A DNA stretch of 64,000 nucleotides. It comes from Octopus vulgaris. Its lineage: Eukaryota. A program made the position numbers and the translations under genes. The notes under the pieces are model-generated. The model ran no database searches. It was not told the origin of the DNA and was given only the letters and a program-made list of their open reading frames with translations. Each line of letters opens with the position of its first letter. The first letter of the stretch is position 1. This document shows, piece after piece, positions 1 through 64,000 of this stretch. The stretch is taken from NCBI GenBank assembly GCA_951406725.2, contig OX597823.1, forward strand, positions 71,424,001 to 71,488,000. The letters are read 5' to 3'.

Positions 1-8
1 TCTCTCAC

Positions 9-42
<34 letters not shown>
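1..42. repeat. (CT)n microsatellite
   Basis: Direct reading. Confidence 0.95.
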
Positions 43-45
<3 letters not shown>

Positions 46-653
46 ACTTTCACCCTTCTTTGTTGTAGTTAGAGACTACATTATATACAACTTCTCTTGA
101 CTTTCACATCCTCCAGCACTGATGCTGTTGGGTTTGAGATTAAATTCTTGGCTATTTCAATTGTCAACTTAGTAACCACACCTACATGAATCCCTAACAG
201 ACACACTTCATCTCACTTCATCTCACTTTGCCATCTCAAAATCCAGTCTTTACTCAAGCTTTACTGTCTCAATATCCATCAGAATGTATGATCATTGCTT
301 AAATCACATCATCCATGTACTTCACAAAATTTCTTTCAAAATCTTTTTCTTTGTACCTTCAGCTTCACACACAATTACCACATGCAAAACCTCAGAACAA
401 TTTAGCTCTAAAAAAGCAAGTGTTCCTGATGCAACCTAAACACCTGACTCATTACAAACACTGATTTCATGACAAGAGTCCCTGAAAGCATCCTTCAACA
501 AACATATGACAATCTAATCAACACCACATAAGCACAATAACTACAGCAAGCAAGAATCAGTCTTGCACCTTGATTTAAAAGAAAATTTAGTAATATTTTC
601 AAGATTGGTAATTCACAAAATGACAGCCTGTTCTACTAAGCTATTTAAAATTA

Positions 654-1048
654 CTAGCAGTATCTCTCGGCGTTGCTCGGGTTTGTTTCGACCCTTTAGA
701 ATTGGAACTTTTGAAAAGTAAAAATTTTGCATTATGTAGCTTGTTATTCTCTTTAAGTGAACATTTTTCTGGTTGAAATACACCGAAAAATGGTGACACA
801 GCAGTCAAAAGATCGTAAAAAGTAGGGATTTTCAAAGAAAAAAAAGTACCTTTTTGATGTAAATAATTTTTGGTGTTAACATGGTCCGATTTGAATTTTA
901 TCTTCTACGGAAGGAAGAGCAAGCCTTCTTCTAACATACTCTCAATTTTGGTCAACTTGTGTCACAGGGTCTCAGAGGAGATAGTGTTAGTTGAAGGCTA
1001 CCAAACCTGCCATACTCAGACAACTTCAGCTTTATATATACAGAGAGA
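654..1048 (-). mobile_element. Non-autonomous Helitron, copy 1
   Basis: Minus strand starts TC and ends with GC-rich hairpin (CCCGAGCAACGCCG.G) plus CTAG, inserted between A and T; three similar copies in window. Confidence 0.8.
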
Positions 1049-1091
1049 TTTCTTGTTTGATGCTACTTTCATTATTTTCCTTTCATTTCAG

Positions 1092-61596
<60,505 letters not shown>

Positions 61597-62546
61597 GTAC
61601 GTTTTTATGTTGTATCAGTTACATTTTTACTTTCTTTAGAAATATATATATACACATGTGTGTACTTTCATGCACACAAACTCACACATACCAACACATG
61701 TACGCACACACACATGTATGCACATACACTTGCATGCATGATAGCTGATTAGGTATGATGTACTTCTAACCACCATTTTATAAGTTTCAGAAATATTATC
61801 TAACATTTTATATTATATTCAAAGATAAACTCTTATTGTTTAGCTCTGGAACTGGCAAAGTGTTTTACAATCAGGTGAAATAAATTACATTTTGCTATTC
61901 TTTCTTTTCTCAAGTCAGTAGCAAGGGAAGTTGAAGGAATTAATTATAGTCTCCACTCACAACTATATAGGATTTGCTAAAGTTCATGCAGATACAAATT
62001 ATGTGTCAATCATTTTGGTTAAGTTGCTAATAATTGCCTGACCTAATACATATAAATAGAAATTTTCTTATATCAGGATATGAAAATTAACAAGAAAAAA
62101 AAATCATAAATATACGACAGGTTGTACAGTAACTACTGTGCTTCTATGAAGCTATTTGGTTTATCAAAGTGATAGATTGTAGTCTTGTTTTTACATTTCT
62201 GATTTATTAGCAATAAAAACCCCTATAAAGATTTATCAGCAAGAACGTGGCAAGTATTTGCTGAAGATAGATTTTGTTCAATATTGGGCTGGTTATGTAT
62301 GGTGGATCAATATATCTTGCATTAACAGACATCACTTGTAAGTGATCATTTGAAGACAAATCATTCTTAATTGCTCCCAAATTAAAAGTTTATCACTAAC
62401 AGCTAATTTATTCCTCCTATGCCGAATTTATTTCTGGTGTCTTTAGAAATAATCAGTTTTGCTTCTAGTTATTTTGTAACATGATAAAAAGTATTCTTTT
62501 ACGTTAGATGATAAAGTTATTGTTTTTCCTCTGATAAGTATATAAA

Positions 62547-62894
62547 CAGGGCCAGATTAAGACCCATAGAGGATCTAAGCATAAAATAAATTTTTATTTT
62601 TCAAAATAAAACAAAACGAACAAGATGGTAAATAATATTTATTTTTGCATACTTCATCTTTATTTACATTTGAAAAGTTTTCTCCTACTTTTTTGTCTTT
62701 CATTAGATCCTCACTATGACACCAGGAACACTTCAAAATTACATTTCCAATCATATAAACCACTTTGAATAATAATTTAGCAAATTTTAAGTGATTTCTT
62801 TTTCACTGTAAACCATTTACCATTTCTGTGGTGCCCCACTTCCTTTGATGCTTTAACCATGTGTTTATTTTGCTGAATGCTTAATCCAGCACTG
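62547..62894. mobile_element. hAT-type MITE
   Basis: TIR CAGGGCCAGATTAAG / CTTAATCCAGCACTG. Confidence 0.6.
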
Positions 62895-62929
62895 TATGTA
62901 TATTAACATTCTAAGAAATATCCTTATTC

Positions 62930-63093
62930 TTTTATTCGTTTATGCCATTAGATTGTGGCCATGCTGGGGCACCACCTTGAAGAATTTTAGTAAAATGAAT
63001 CGACTTCAGTACTTATTTTTTGTTAGCCAAGTACTTATTCTATCTGTCTCATTTGTCAAACTACTAAGTTATAGGGATGTAAACACACACATA

Positions 63094-63138
<45 letters not shown>

Positions 63139-63329
63139 ACATACACACACACACACACATACGTATGGTGAGATTCTTTCAGTTCTTGTCTACCAAATCC
63201 ACTCACAAGGCTTTGGTTGGCCTAAGGCTATAGTAGAAGGCACTTGCCCAATGTGCCACACAATGGGACTGAACCCAGAACCATGTGGTTGGGAAGTAAG
63301 CTTCTTACCATGCAGCCACTCCTGTGCCT
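62930..63329 (-). mobile_element. SINE family A (diverged)
   Basis: Similarity to other copies. Confidence 0.75.
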
Positions 63330-63407
63330 ATAGTTATACTTAGTTAAAACAACAGCCTATACAGTTTTGTGAGAGTTAGTGAATATTTAATTGAAAAGTG
63401 TATATAT

Positions 63408-63640
63408 CTTATTTCTTTATTGCCCACAAGGGGTTAAACATAGAGGGGACAAACAAAGACAGACAAAGGGATTAAGTCGATTACATTGACCCCAGTGTGT
63501 AACTGGTACTTAATTTATCGACCCGAAAAGGATGAAAGGCAAAGTCGACCTTGCCGGAATTTGAACTCAGAACATAATGGCAGATGAAATACCGCTAAGC
63601 ATTTTGCCCTGCGTGCTACCATTTCTGCCAGCTCACCGCC
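63408..63640 (-). mobile_element. SINE family C
   Basis: Full copy; TSD TGAAAAGTGTATATA. Confidence 0.82.
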
Positions 63641-64000
63641 TGAAAAGTGTATATAATATCTTATTAGTAGAAACAACTTGAAAGGGTGCAGGTTGAACAG
63701 TTTTCCCAGCAGAAAGCCAATACCAGATGATAGCAGATGAAATTCAGCTGGTTATAAGAATTGTGGTAAGAGTTTATAGCAAACTGAACATTATAGTCTC
63801 CTCATCTCTTCAACCTAACCAATGCTAAATACTGTAAAAATGTCAAAATATAAATAACGTTAACTCTCTTGGATAAGTCTTCCACTTTTTTTTCAAATAT
63901 TTGTAAACTCCTAACCCGGAATCTTCATATCACCTCATGAAAATATACAAACACATTATGTTCCTCTTTGTGTGACAAATTTCTCCTTATCTATATATTT

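Overview
AT-rich, repeat-dense animal genomic DNA. The SINE families resemble those I associate with octopus (recalled, not searched). The whole window lies inside one plus-strand, long-intron gene encoding an axonemal outer-arm dynein heavy chain of the DNAH5/DNAH8 type. I can join 12 GT-AG exons (1092-61596) into one phase-consistent frame covering part of the N-terminal tail; start and stop lie outside the window. Introns hold tRNA-derived SINEs (at least 4 families), RTE/CR1/CRE LINE fragments, Penelope-like elements with GIY-YIG remnants and hammerhead ribozyme motifs, non-autonomous Helitrons, and decayed DNA transposons (mariner, maT/Tc1, hAT, Chapaev3-like, Merlin-like, piggyBac MITEs). 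Main observations: (1) all three copies of one Helitron family sit, in the same orientation, 30-47 nt upstream of a dynein splice acceptor; (2) several hammerhead motifs occur, and the only complete sense-strand one lies in a 161-bp inverted repeat that could mask it; (3) a 77-nt copy of a host acceptor/exon start is fused in frame to Penelope sequence; (4) a SINE trimer lies within one TSD; (5) the dynein tail has a Cys-rich insert. Repeat boundaries are approximate and family names come from motif recognition, not database searches.
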